Shown one piece after another: positions 13,818-27,505 of a stretch of DNA of 64,000 nt (the first letter of the stretch is position 1; each line of letters begins with the position of its first letter). The notes beneath the pieces were generated by a model, which saw nothing but the letters and a program-made list of their open reading frames with translations, was not told where the DNA came from and searched no databases. The stretch lies in the NCBI RefSeq assembly GCF_006345805.1, contig NC_043006.1:60698001-60762000 (forward strand), written 5' to 3'. A program made the translations under genes and the position numbers. Source of the stretch: Octopus sinensis. Lineage: Eukaryota.

Positions 13818-13961
13818 AGCTGTATGGTAAGAAGGTTGGTTCTCAACAACATGGTCCCAGAATCAGTCTCACTGCGTGGCACTTTTGTTTTCTACTATAT
13901 CTTCGGTCCGATCAAAGCCTTGGGAGTGGATTTAGTTGACAGAAACTGAAAGAATCCCGTC

Positions 13962-13965
<4 letters not shown>
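13818..13965 (+). mobile_element. SINE head (same family as 5758-5910)
   Basis: aacaacatggtcccagaatcagtctcactgcgtggcac...gaaactgaaagaatcccgtcgtata. Confidence 0.8.
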
Positions 13966-14003
<38 letters not shown>

Positions 14004-14016
14004 ATATATATAAATA

Positions 14017-14090
14017 CAGGGGTTGGACAAAATAATGGAAACACCTAGCGTCATAGCATCGTAATTTTGGACATAGCTAATAAACCTATG
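14017..14090 (+). mobile_element. Tc1-type terminal fragment
   Basis: TA followed by CAGGGGTTGGACAAAATAATGGAAACACC, a typical Tc1 TIR start; no partner end found. Confidence 0.5.
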
Positions 14091-14669
14091 CTACTACTGT
14101 ACAGGAAACAAAGGCAGAATCTCTAGATTGACTGGTTTGATGACAATTCTGATTAGCGGCCAACAATCTGACACTTCTACAGAATACAACTACCTTCAGC
14201 CACCAACGCATCAGCTGTATAGAAGAAATCTGTTTATATTCTTAGGTCAGTCGAAGTGACAATGTCTATTGAGTGAGTAAATGCGAGATGCGAGATGTTT
14301 TTGTAGCACTTGCCTTGTCTATGCTTGTTTATTACGTGTTTAACTATTGATGGTCGGACACTTCTGGGCACTTTTACTCTCGAGCCAACGGAACATCTAT
14401 GGTGTGACAGCTGGAAGCAGAAGAGACTGCGCGAGAACTACCCTAGTACACATTTGAACAGGGCAACACGAGGAGGAATTCCTTGTTCGGTTGTAGGACC
14501 AGGATTCATACCCATGTTCTATGACATTATAATCATGCGCCTAACATCCTAAACCATGCAACAATCCAATATACATGCACGTATTTATACATACGCACAC
14601 ATACATATATGCGTGTGTGAGTCTATCTTTATGTGTAAAGATGATAGCGTAAATAAGAGAAAATCAAGT

Positions 14670-14900
14670 AATCGATAATGATGTCATCGTCATGAGTCTT
14701 GCGCCTTGATGACCCTACAAGGAAAGTTTTCCTGATTAAGCGCGAGTTAAGCCCCCTTATCACTCTTGTCCAACCAGCTACTGATATTGTCCATACACAT
14801 TGCCTTTTTTACCCGTTTCTTGATATTGTATCCTCTAGTCTTACTTCCATGATAATATTTTCCAGACCTCTGTTTCTTCCAATATGGCAATAATGCATAC
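14670..14900 (-). mobile_element. RTE-like LINE 3' fragment
   Basis: Minus translation YCHIGRNRGLENIIMEVRLEDTISRNG resembles GHI.RK.GLE..IM.GKIEG.R.RGR. Confidence 0.5.
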
Positions 14901-14924
14901 GTTTTTGTATTTTCATAATGTTCA

Positions 14925-15409
14925 AGATATGGTATCTTTCACCTACTTATCATAGCACCTATTCTTTTGTCCAACGGTCCTTGTACAAGACTTGTAACCT
15001 TCTCCTGTACACATCATCAAACTCAACTGGACTTCCTGTTAGATCTTCATCTTCAAAGCTGACCTCTCCACTTCTGAATTTTGCAAACCATCTTCTGCTA
15101 GTTCTTACATTCAAGCATTCGTTCCCATAAACTGCGTGCATGTTTCGAGTCGCTTCGGCTGCAGAGTTTCCTTTTTTGTACTTATATATCATTGTGTGCC
15201 TCAGATGTTCTTTGGATACTCCCATGTTAGAAAGGGTTTTAATCAAAGAAATTTTAATTCTATTATTCTGTAAAATATTATTTAATTAGTTTAAATGTAC
15301 ACAAATACATAAAAATAATTTTCAATTCCATTAGACATTCTAAAATACTATTAAATTTCATTCAATTTTAAAGAAGGTAAAATCGGGTAGAACTTATGTG
15401 ATGACCTGA
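14925..15409 (-). mobile_element. Mariner element, internally deleted (N-terminal HTH joined to C-terminal tip, 5' TIR retained)
   Basis: KEHLRHTMIYKYKKGNSAAEATRNMHAVYGNECLNVRTSRRWFAKFRSGEVSFEDEDLTGSP is a Mos1/SETMAR-type HTH. TA plus tcaggtcatcacataagttc forms the TIR at 15409. Confidence 0.88.
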
Positions 15410-16236
15410 TATATTCTAGCTAGAATTATATTTTTACCAAGTGCTTAGTAATATAATTGCAAAGAGTTTGTAAATGTAGCTATAATATGACGTGAAAGAC
15501 GGTCTACGTAGATCTTCAAACGCAGAATACTAATTATTTTATCGCAGAATAATTGGTGAACGATCTGAACAGGAGTCAATGATATTGAAGACTAGATAGT
15601 ATTTGGACAGTGATATGACATACATCTACAGCAGAACATTTTCAACAAGACTTCCAAATTATGTATGAAGATGAAAAAAACATATACCAATACCTTTTCT
15701 ATATCTTAGTATGCTTTTGCGTCAGCTTAGAATAACTAATAAAAAAAAATTACTGAGTAGTCGTTTTTGCTTAACCACAAAAGTTGTTAATGTTATCACA
15801 GAATAGAAAATACCGTAGTTCAAGATAAGCAAAATACCTATTATGTATTGTCACGTGGTTTTTTTCTTTTTAGCTTTTGTATTTGTTTTATCTTGTTACA
15901 AATCTGTTTTTTTTTCTTATTACGTTGTTGCACGTCCCTGATGTCAACGATATTTTTTCAGGGCTTGTAAGTCAATTACGTGATATCTCACTATTTTATC
16001 TCGTGAATCTCTTTGTTATTGTAGAGTTATACATGATTTGAGTGCGAATACTATTTTGAATAGGTTAAAACAAGTGCAACTAATATGATAGAATCATAGC
16101 ATATTTATATTTCCTTTTTATTAATTATAAAGAATGCATGAACTATTTTATGCAGTTATCTTTCTCTTCGCATTAGAATACAGTCAAATATTTACTTACC
16201 TATTCATATTATTATACATCTATAATAAGTACCTCC

Positions 16237-16830
16237 GTGGAGAACCACATAGTAAAGTTTAACAAAAATATATACATGGAGGTTCAATGTGCAGCCATTC
16301 GTCTCGGTGTAACTGGAGATGTGGCCCGCCTCCTTATGACCTGGTGGGACAGAAAACTTAAGCAATCCTTAGCAGAACAGTTCACAGCACTTTTACTTTA
16401 CAGTAGGTATATAGACGACATTGATATCCTAGTTAAGACCAACTCTAGTAACGGTAATGTAGAAACTGAGAGGAATATAATAGAGAACATCTAGCAAGTA
16501 GCTAACTCCAACCACCAAAGTACCCCCACTAGGCACCCCAACAATAGACTCCCTGTCCTTGATACTGAACTTTGATTAGACACTGTGAACAACAGAGTCC
16601 ATCTCCTCCACTCCAATTACATGAAAATCATAGCTTCGAAATATATTGTTCGCAAGAAGTCAGCTTTGTCACACAACATGAAAATTAACATAATTAGGAT
16701 AATGAACAACGTGTCCCCAATATGCAAACCCTATGAAACGAAGACACATGTACAGAACTTCATGCACCACATGCAAGTCTCTGGATATGATTAGAAAGAT
16801 AGGGTTCGAGTATACAGGGGCGCTAGAAAG
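16237..16830 (+). mobile_element. Penelope-like element RT fragment (pseudogenised)
   Basis: LGVTGDVARLLMTWWDRKL...LLYSRYIDDIDI (YIDD)...RLPVLD...KKSALS...MQVSGYD. Confidence 0.72.
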
Positions 16831-18069
16831 GTGTTACATTATATGTAATCAAACAAGTGGTACCTGCCCTAGATACAGAATTAAACACTGGAATAAAGTG
16901 CAAAGAGCTTATGACAAAGTAAACAGGGCGGTACAAAACTGACAAATATCGACTAATAAAATTATTTTATCATGAATTGACTTAAATAAGGAAATGGGAT
17001 ATTTGCCTTTAATAATCAATAAAATTATTGATACGAGGTTAATATTTTCATAAGGTTAATGAAAGGTTAATATTTTCATCATATAGACATTGTTATCATT
17101 CTCTATATTTTACTGGTGCCTCATTAACTGACACAGAGTGACCAACATACAGATGCGAAGTAGGATTTGAAATAATTTACTATAGAAAAGAGTAGCAGAA
17201 AACTTGGAATGCATTCGAGTTTACTTACTTGACAACATTACATAAATATAGGATTATAAAACATCAAGGTTTAAATGTGCCAGTTAGTTTCTCCCAAATT
17301 AATTCGCATTGAGATTCATTATAAATAGAGAATATTTTTCTTGTTCCCATCTTCTGTTCTGTTTTTGGCATGAGTGATTTCCTGGACAACACTAACTAAA
17401 ATATCACTCACTTTATAAAGCGTCTTTTGATTTGAGAATAAATTTTATTCAATTTCTCGCAGATGTAAACACTACTAGAATATTCATTTTCTTTACTTTC
17501 TAGTATGGGCTGTGTTGCTGCGACATTGCAAGGAAATGTAGTTTACGATTGTTGCATGACAATGTTGTGTAAATATTGTGTGTTCAAGCTTAAATTAGAT
17601 TTCATTTTTTTCTTTTCTTTTCTTTTTTTTTTTGTAATTTTCAATGTCGTAAAATATTGCACCTTTCCAACTTCAGAATATTAAATATTTGAATAAATTC
17701 ATTAACATGATTGTAAGGGTTTATATTCAGCACAGTTTAGAAGGCGCAATTTCTCTCAAACCTCTTGTGTTTATATAGAACATTGTGCTGTAAGGGTTTA
17801 TTTATTTATTTACGAGGGTGATACAACAATGATTGTTCTTAGTATATAGATTAACATTCTAAGGATTCTTACACGAAACTGTAACACAAGCCAAGAGTGT
17901 GTGTATGTTAGGTACTGCGTGTGCTGTACCCGTCTTATATTTACGTAAAAAATACTTAGGGAGAGTTTCTTAGGCACTGACTCAGCGCATTGTAAGTTAC
18001 AGAAGAGAAACGGAAATATTTCCATACAGTGATCCGTTAACCGGGTTCGTTACGCATACCGTTCTATTC

Positions 18070-18390
18070 TAACCACCAATACCAATCAGAAAATGCTAAA
18101 TACTACAGTACAACTATCACCAACACCACCACCGACACCACCACCACCACCATCAGCACCAGCACCACCACCACCACTGATACCACAACCACCGACACCA
18201 CAACCACCAATACCGATCAGAAAGTGTTAAATATGACAGTACAACTACCACCACCAACACCACCACCACCGCCACGACGAGGACGACGACGACGACCACT
18301 ATCACCACCACCACCGACACCACAATCACTGATACCACCACTGCCGACACCACCACCATCACCACCACAATCATCATCATCATCATAAAT
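18070..18390. repeat. (ACC)n-rich repeat with a roughly 140-bp diverged tandem duplication
   Basis: ccaataccaatcagaaaatgctaaatactacagtacaact near 18075 versus ccaataccgatcagaaagtgttaaatatgacagtacaact near 18207. Confidence 0.8.
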
Positions 18391-18982
18391 AAAATAACAC
18401 ATCTCAATAATAACGGGAATAACGAAGAAAAACAGTTATTGAAGTGTAGTCGTATACAAGCATTACGTCATTTGCAAAGCACGAATCTTTCCTTAATGTA
18501 CTGGCAACATTCTTAATTGAAAGGAAATTACAGCAACTAGGAATCAAAACACTGATCATGGATTTTACTCACCAGGAGATTGAATACATTCTTCAGTTTC
18601 CAATAATAACATAAAAATATAAGACAGGCACTAAAACAATAGGAAAAGCCAATGCGCAGTATGCGTGTTGTGGTAAGAGAATGATGAAAACTACGAGCAA
18701 AAGCAACAAGAAGGAAAACGATTGAGCAATGGTCGATGGAGCTATGATAATGAAAGATGTGGTAGGAGAGGATATCGTGTTTAATGTATAGTGTGAGAGA
18801 ATGGATATCTTATTTATCGTTTAGCATCGGAGAAGAAATACGAGGTTTTAAGAATAGCGTGAGAGCGTGCTATACGTCCTTACATTAAAAGAGATGAAAA
18901 GTAAATCGCGTGCATACAAGGGCATTTGTTCATGCAAACCTATACTCAAACATTCATGTACGTTCACACACAAACAGAAACA

Positions 18983-19061
<79 letters not shown>

Positions 19062-19264
19062 GCACGCACACACATAAGCGAACACGCACAAACATAGGAA
19101 TATATGTGTACCTAAATTCACAGTCACATACAAAATCGAACACGCAAGTTATAGAGAAGGAAAGCTAAACAGGTAAGTAAAAGAAATTGCACTAAATCAG
19201 TCACAGTCACGTGGACATCCACATATACATACGTGCATTTATACACGAAATAAACTACTCACGT

Positions 19265-19700
<436 letters not shown>

Positions 19701-20074
19701 TCTGTATCTGGATATATATATAGGCACATACGTATACATATTTACATACACACACATATAATATATACAGAGAGATAGAGAGAATCAATGAGAAAGTGAG
19801 TGAGTGAGAGTTATAATGGATGTAGGCTGATATAAAAAGACATGCTATATGTAAAACATACATGCAAATGATCAAATATGCAGAGCGTATCACAAAAAGA
19901 CATACATGACAATGATAGATAAGAACATATATGTTCACTGCAACTCCAGACAAGTACGTCGCATTTATTTGATCTGCAGAAATGTTAAGTTGTGTAGTTA
20001 AATATATGCTGGGTTCTACATACATATACAGTGACGCGCGAATAATTTGCAGAATTCTGAAAACAAGATCTCAT

Positions 20075-20275
20075 GTTTCAGACATTTGACTGTGGCCATG
20101 CTGGAGCACCGCCTTTAGTCGAGCAAATCGACCCCAGGACTTATTCTTTGTAGGGCTAGTACTTATTCTATCGGTCTCTTTTGCCGAACCGCTATGTTAC
20201 GGGGACGTAAAGATACCAGCATCGGTTGTCAAGTGATGATGGGGGTACAAGCACAGAAAAACAAACATATACACA
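20075..20275 (-). mobile_element. SINE tail
   Basis: gactgtggccatgctggagcaccgcctttagtcgagcaaatcgacccc...ggggacgtaaa, same as 5312-5500. Confidence 0.85.
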
Positions 20276-20288
20276 TACATAAATATAT

Positions 20289-20586
20289 CACCGTGACCGA
20301 CCAGGCTATCAGATGTTGCTACACTTCGGTGGTCACAATGCGCTTCGCATTGTTTTAGCCTTCAAATGACGCCACCCCGATGGCTAAGCGAGCTGGCCAA
20401 CAGAAGAAAGAGTGAGAGAAATTCGCGGCGAAAGTGTACAGCAGGGATCGCCACTACCCACCTGCCAGAGCCTCGTGGAGCTTTAGGTGTTTTCGCTCAA
20501 TAAACACTCACAACGCCCGGTCTGGGAATCGAAATCGCGATTCTACGACCGCGAGTCCGCTGCCCTAACCTCTGGGCCATTGCGCC
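20289..20586 (-). mobile_element. Second tRNA-derived SINE family
   Basis: Minus strand begins ggcgcaatggcccagaggttagg (A box) ...gatttcgattccc (B box). Confidence 0.8.
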
Positions 20587-20590
20587 CCCC

Positions 20591-20641
<51 letters not shown>

Positions 20642-20685
20642 ATATATCTATATATTTGATATATATATATAATATATATATAATA

Positions 20686-20746
<61 letters not shown>

Positions 20747-20790
20747 TTTCAATCCCTGCCTCAAAATATTGTAAATTTTGGTTCCCCACC

Positions 20791-20822
<32 letters not shown>

Positions 20823-20827
<5 letters not shown>

Positions 20828-21075
20828 TTAGGGAATAAATCCAAATTTACAGGGAAAAATCAGATTTAGGATTAAATCCAATTTTATAGTAAAATTTTCA
20901 AGTCAGTTTCAAATTTGAAACTGACTTGAAAATTGGAAGTCCACCTGAAGATTGTCGATTAGGACAAGAAACAATTGTAGTGGCGGTTTTTTTTGACTTT
21001 TTATTAAAATTTTATGTATTGATTAAGTCTTTCCTTGTTTGTTTTGCAAAATAGTGGTTTTGTCTCTAATAATAT
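20823..21075 (+). mobile_element. Probable PLE terminal repeat (pLTR) fragment inserted in (TA)n
   Basis: Unique block between TA arrays carrying a hammerhead motif. PLE assignment is inference. Confidence 0.55.
20941..20983 (+). ncRNA. Minimal type I hammerhead ribozyme, catalytic core intact
   Basis: ccac-CTGAAGA-ttgtc/gattag/gacaa-GAAA-caattg-TA-gtgg: stem I 4 bp, stem II 5 bp, palindromic stem III ACAATTGT, GUA cleavage triplet. Confidence 0.8.
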
Positions 21076-21095
21076 TATATATATATATATATATA

Positions 21096-22354
21096 CAGGG
21101 TGGGGAACCAAAATTTACAATATTTTGAGGCAGGGATTGAAAGACAGTGTATGACCAATTTGTTTATTGAAAGTCATGAGAATTTATTTGCCACAAGACA
21201 ATTTACATAATAGAAAATATTCTTATTCCATGTGTCCTCCTTCTTTCTCAATAACTGCCTTCACACGCTTCCTGAAACTTGCACAGGTGTTCCTCAAATA
21301 TTCGGGAGACAACTTCTCCCATTCCTCTTTAAGAGAGTCGACATTGCTGTATGATGTCCTATTGGTAGCATGTTCTAAAATGCCCCAAATAGCATAATCC
21401 AGAGAGTTTAGATCTGGGCTAGAAGGCGGCCATAAACATGATTCCAAAAAATTGCTAAAGTTGGATTTGCAGAAATCTTGTATGTTTCTAGCTGGAGCAC
21501 CATCCTGTGTCCATACATAATTACCATCTGGGTAGTTTGCCTTAAGCCATGGCAATACCTGGTATCTCAGAGTCTTGTAGTACGTATTAACATTGGTCTT
21601 TTCATCAGCCTTGTAGAATTTAATAGGCATTTTCTTTCCATCGGAAGCCACAACACCAAAAAGCCATAACTTGAGCAGGATCTTTTGTTTTGAATGTCCT
21701 CTTAACCTCAGCTGTTGATTTTGCAATAAATCTGACATTTCTGCTGTTCAGAACAGCATCGACAGTGAAGATCTTTTCATTTGAAAAGATCGTTACAATG
21801 GAGGACTATTTCTTGAACCATGTAATAATTTTCTTGCACCTCTCCTATCTCCTTTCCTTCATAGCTGTTGTCAACAAGTGTTTTGGTGTTCTTGTGTAAG
21901 ATTTTAACCTCAAATCATATTTGACAGCATTTCTAATGGTCTTGTTGTCTACCTCAAGTTCAATTGCCATTTTACTCATGGATTTGTTTGGATCATTTAA
22001 GATTTTGGATTTGAGAACTTTAATAAAAGCTTTGGTACGTTTTTTTGTTGATTCCGCAACTTCCAGACTTCGTCGTAATAGTTTTGCTCATAGTCATTCT
22101 ATTCTTTACATTATAAATAGTCTTTATGGACACTCCAACTATTTGTGAAATCTCCTTTGGTGTGACGAGTGCATTCAGAAAATCACACACTCTTTGACTT
22201 TTGATTTCCTGATTACTCATATGGGCAAAATTTTCTGAAAAGGTAAGGATAATAGTATTAGGTATGAGTATGACATCAATATATGCTTGGTTTCAAAACA
22301 AATGACATAGTGCCTCCTGAGAAAAAACATTGTAAATTTTGCTTCCCCACCCTG
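21096..22354 (-). mobile_element. Full-length-sized IS630/Tc1/mariner (maT-like) transposon with broken transposase
   Basis: TA-flanked TIRs cagggtggggaa(c/g)caaaatttacaat at both ends. N-terminal HTH (KEISQIVGVSIKTIYNVK) and DDD region QDGAPA...WPPSSPDLNSLDY; frameshifts between them. Confidence 0.92.
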
Positions 22355-22376
22355 TATATATATATACATATATACA

Positions 22377-22555
22377 ACGGCCTTCTTTCAGTTTTCATCT
22401 ACCAAATCCACTGACAAGGCTTTGGTCGGCCCGAGGCTATAGCAGAAGACATTTGCCCAAGGGGCACGCAGTGGGACTGAACATGCATGGAACAGTGTGG
22501 TTCGTATGCAAGCTACGTACTATACAGCCACTCCTTCTCCTATACCACACACCTA
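22377..22555 (-). mobile_element. SINE head
   Basis: ccttctttcagttttcatctaccaaatccactgacaaggctttggtcggcccgagg...cagccactcc. Confidence 0.85.
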
Positions 22556-23084
22556 CTCCTACTAAATTTACTTGCTTAGAATCTTCCCTGCTTAAAATTT
22601 TACTTTGTGATGGTGGATTATTTATTATGACATAATCTATTATTGCATTAGGGAAGATATACCGAAACAGCTATCATCAATTTTAAACGACATTTTACTT
22701 TATACATACAATGTGTCAATGTCCAGCAGAGATGCCGTAAGAGGTTGCTAAAACAATAAATAATGGAAAAAGGAATATTACAATTTGTGTGTGTCTTTGA
22801 ATGACTGTCATAACTGTTATGAAATATATTTGCGTCTGTTTGAGCATGCTGTAACAAGAAAGTGCAATTCCAAAATTTTAAAGAGGTACATTTACAAATG
22901 TGGAGCGTGCGTTTCAATCTGAGAGATAAAACCTAGTTACGCTCGATTAGTTTTATAAGTTATTTTGCAAAATGCAAAGAATTACAGCATACCATTTAAA
23001 CAATATGTTAATGTTAATTTTTAGCAATTCAACAGCCACTGGTTTCTTCAGAGACATTCTCCACAATGAAATATATACCTGCGG

Positions 23085-23265
23085 TACTCCCCCTCCTCCT
23101 TCTCGTGCTCATACTTCTCCTCCTACTCCTCCTCGTCCTCATACTTCTCCTCCCCTCCTTCTCCTCCTCCTTCTTCATCTCATCCTTTTCCTTCTCCTTC
23201 TCCTTCTCCACATCCTCTTCCTCTCCCTCATCATCTTCATCACCATTATCTTTATCTTAGTCATC
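23085..23265. repeat. (CTC/CTT)n low-complexity tract
   Basis: Direct reading. Confidence 0.85.
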
Positions 23266-25413
23266 GGTTACAATTAATGAATGTAATTTATTGTAAGAAT
23301 CTAACATGATTAGTTGGTACTTCTCAGGATATATCAGTAAGGAAAGCGAACTAGCTGAGCTGTCTGCTTGACAGATAGAGCGCTTCGTGGAATTTGCTCT
23401 CTCAGCTCTTTGAGCTCAAATCATTTTCAAGTCTACTTTTCATGTTCAACCTTTCGGGATAAATAATAGAGTTGCGTAATTGTAAGACTGTGTGCCTAGA
23501 ATACTTGCCGTTGTTTCTTCTGTTTTTTGCATTTCGATTTCAAATCACATTAGGTCTTACTTAAGTGGCAAACGATGATAATCGTTCACGCGGTTTAACA
23601 CCACCATCTAGCACTTCTAATATTTTTTTTTCTTTTGCTAGCATCCTGTTCTCATCTCTGCTAGGAGGATAGTTTACACCCTCCCACTTGTCTTGAGATC
23701 ATGGGCATTGCTTCAATTCATGACTACGATATAGAAAATATAAACTGAGGAAGATGAAATCAGTGAAATAGTCCCTTTAAATTTTAAATGAAGATTTGTC
23801 AAAATTCTTAGCAGCATTTTGGGAGTTTGCACTGGATCAGTGATTCGATTATAATTCTTGAGATTATAGCCTAAAAATGTTTGTAGATACTTTCGTCTTG
23901 GAGATAGAAATTTATATTTTTAGTTGGCTAAGCAATGTTGTCAATATTGCTACTTTGGCGATTAATTCATAAGTTTAGAATATATTTGCAAAGTACCTCG
24001 TTAAATGACACTTCGACAGATGAACATTTCTTGTTTATAGTGATCTTCATATGATAAGGAAACATCATCTCATCGGTAATATTAAACGAAGGTACATGCT
24101 TAATCTCTTTGGCACATACATTCTTTTTAGATATGTATGCGTTCTATATCTGCAAACATTTTGCCTAACAACCACTTTACCGATATTCAAATTTTTGCAT
24201 CACACAAAATGGAAATTGTTATTACGTAAGATAACGCATTCAGCTAAACATTTGCGTGCTTCGTCGTAATTCATTCGAAGGGGGCCTTTGGTGAGGAAAA
24301 CAGAATAATAAATTATTAAGCTCACGAAGGTGGATTATGCTTAGAATGTAATTTATAGATTAATCTAGACAGATATAACCAGAAATGGGTTTCCATTGAA
24401 TGAAAACTTTATTGCAAATAAGTTTATTTGCATATTCTGGATAAAATGTTTTGGCGTTTCAGAGCTCACGTTCAAGGAATATGTTTGAGAATGTTTCATA
24501 TTGAATACTATAAAAAAATATATCTTAGACTGCTGAAATAATAAGTACCGCTCATGATATATCTGGAATGTGAATTAGTATTACATATTGCATATTGTGC
24601 ATATGTTTAAGCCCTAGAATTTTATTTATATATTTGTCTGCGTAGTTTTGTTGTTCGTAAGGCACTTCTTATTACTTGGATCGTTTCTCTTTTATATGAC
24701 AGGCTGGATATCCCATATCTAGATCTTATATTTGTATAATTTTCCAATTCTTTAAGAGATATATTGTCATCTTGTGAAATTAATATATATCAGTTCCAGA
24801 CATTTTCTTTCCTGGTGATTTATAAAAGTTTTTTGTTTTGATATTCTTTAACCTCTCTATTTGACATTGTAAATCTGAGAGTATGGTAATTTTGCAATTT
24901 TCAGAAAGCTCTTCCTTATGGATATTTCTGTCATATATTTTATTTGTTAAAAGAACCCTACCTCTCGCCACTATCTTGTCACCTCAGGATCATGTTCTAT
25001 AAGCACATGAATAAACAGAGCCCTAACAGCATTAAACTTACACATTCACACATACACAGATCACACACACTCACTGACTCACACACACACTCACACGCAT
25101 ACACAGACACAGACACAGACACACATACACACATACCCGTCCTACTTATATATGTAACCCTGATAATGCATTACTCCCGGGGAGTATTTAAACATGTACA
25201 CAAACATAAATATATATGTATGTATTCTTTTATTTATTTCAGTTATGCTGAAGGCTTATTTCTTAAGCCAGTACTTATTTTAACGGTCTCTTATGGTGGA
25301 CTGCTAAGTTACGGAGACGTAAACACACCAACGCCAGTTGTCAAGTGGTAATAGGGGTACAAAATGCAGACACAAAGACACAAAGACATACATACACACA
25401 TAAATAACGTAAA

Positions 25414-26018
25414 GGCTATTTGCCAACCTAATGTGGTTGTCCTGGAAGGGACAATTGTTACTGTTATTTAGCCCCAGGGAATAGCCTTTCCAGCTGGGTA
25501 TACGACACAATATCTGTGTCCTTATATTTTTGAATAGGGAGTCCAGCACTCCGACCCAGCACAAAACAACATCTGTGGCCTGCTTTCTGGATTATTGCCC
25601 TTTATCAACACAATAGCTGCATGGCTAGGTGGTGTTGCTGAATTCACCGTTCGAAAATATATAGTTTTCTAAGTAACACATAGAAATATTATAAAATAAA
25701 ATAGAAATATTATTTCTAAATCTCTCAAAGAGAGATATTCAGTAACAGTTCTTTAAAGTAAATGCTATTTGCCAACATAATGTGGCTGTCCTAGAAGGGA
25801 CGACTGCTACTGCTGTTTAGTCCAGGAAACATCGTTTCCAGCTAGCTATACGGCACAATATCTGTGAGATTTAGAAATACTAATATTTTTACTTTATTAG
25901 ATCAGTGACTGATCCGACACTGAGAAAACTATATTTTTCTAAACGTGAATTCAGCAACGCCACCTAGCCAAGCAGCTTCTCTGTGTTGATAAGAAAGCGG
26001 TCCACAGATGTTGTTTTC
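25414..26018. mobile_element. PLE-type terminal repeat complex: direct repeat A (25414-25520, 25763-25865) and inverted repeat B (25563-25724, 25866-26018)
   Basis: Unit A is homologous to the reverse complement of 63615-63770, which lies downstream of a Penelope GIY-YIG ORF. Each B arm contains a TTGATAA...GAAA hammerhead-like motif. Confidence 0.6.
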
Positions 26019-27239
26019 CTCTTCGTGTCCCATTTACCAGTTTCTATGATACAGTAGGACTTCTTTTATTGGTTATATATGTGGAAAAACAACAGTATCC
26101 GTAGTCTACGAAAGAATTTTAATATGAGAGGATGAAATGAACAGGCATTGTTGCAAATCACTTCAATTTTCCCCGGTGCATAAATATCAGCTTGCGATTC
26201 CTGAATGTTAACTATAGTATACACGTTATTGCATTAATATGATCCAACAAATGCGGCATACATGCACGTGTTTATTTGTCCAGGGTCCAAAGTTCTACCA
26301 GATTTTCTTTAGGTTCTCTTTGCTTCATAACCCACCACTTTTAGCACTCTTTTTTTGGATAATGGTGAAGGTACAAAGGAGAGAGAAACTAAAGATGATC
26401 TAGCAGTGATTTGAACTCTACTCACCTGAACATGTGCATTTATATAGCTATTGCTGAATCATAGTAATGCAATAAAGAATATAGTAAATGCAATTTTCAG
26501 CGATTACTAGCTGATACTAATGCGTCTAAACAGCCATATTGGTTTGAAATAAAGCCTGGTCATTCCATCTTTTCGTTTTAAATTTCTTATATATATACAT
26601 GTATTCGCTTAGCTTCGACAAGTCGAATTTTATTACGAAAGACTTTTGCGCCAACATGCAAACTCACAGAAGCAAGACTTTCTCGACTAAATTAATATGT
26701 GCGGGCGCACAGAGAGGTCTGAGGTTTTGGAATTGAGATAACAAGATATATGTGCTATAGCACCTTGAATTATTCAAGACTCTTGTATATATTTATTATT
26801 CCATTTATAGATTATGCCTGTAAATTACGTGTTCACTGATTCCATTCATTGCCTGAACACCCTAGCTTCTGTTAATAACCAATAATTATCGAGATTTATA
26901 AACACGCACACGCGCATACAACACATACAAACATATAGGCACAGATACACACATACACACAGTGATACACACATATACAAACACATATCTATATGTATGT
27001 TTGTCTGTCTGTATAAGTAAAAATGCGCATGTATGCAAACGCAAGTCCATGTATGCATGCATCGTTGATACACGGAGTATTTCCGTTAGAGTTTCTATAA
27101 TTCCTCACATTTTATGCTATGGAACAGTTATGTGTTATATCATTTATTATTACTTCCCGAGTATGTACAGGTCATAAGAATAAGTATGGTGTATTTATGA
27201 CTGCCAGCTTGTGTGTGTAAATGTTTACATACATAATAC

Positions 27240-27283
<44 letters not shown>

Positions 27284-27416
27284 TATATATATATAATATA
27301 TATATATATATATACATATATATCAATAATAATAGTGGTTGTTTCTTATATATATATATATCTATATATATATATATATATATATACATATATATCAATA
27401 ATAATAGTGGTTGTTT

Positions 27417-27457
<41 letters not shown>

Positions 27458-27465
27458 CATATATG

Positions 27466-27505
<40 letters not shown>

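Noticed and set aside
18153-18407. V-rich or G-rich ORFs
   Set aside because: (ACC)n-type trinucleotide repeat.
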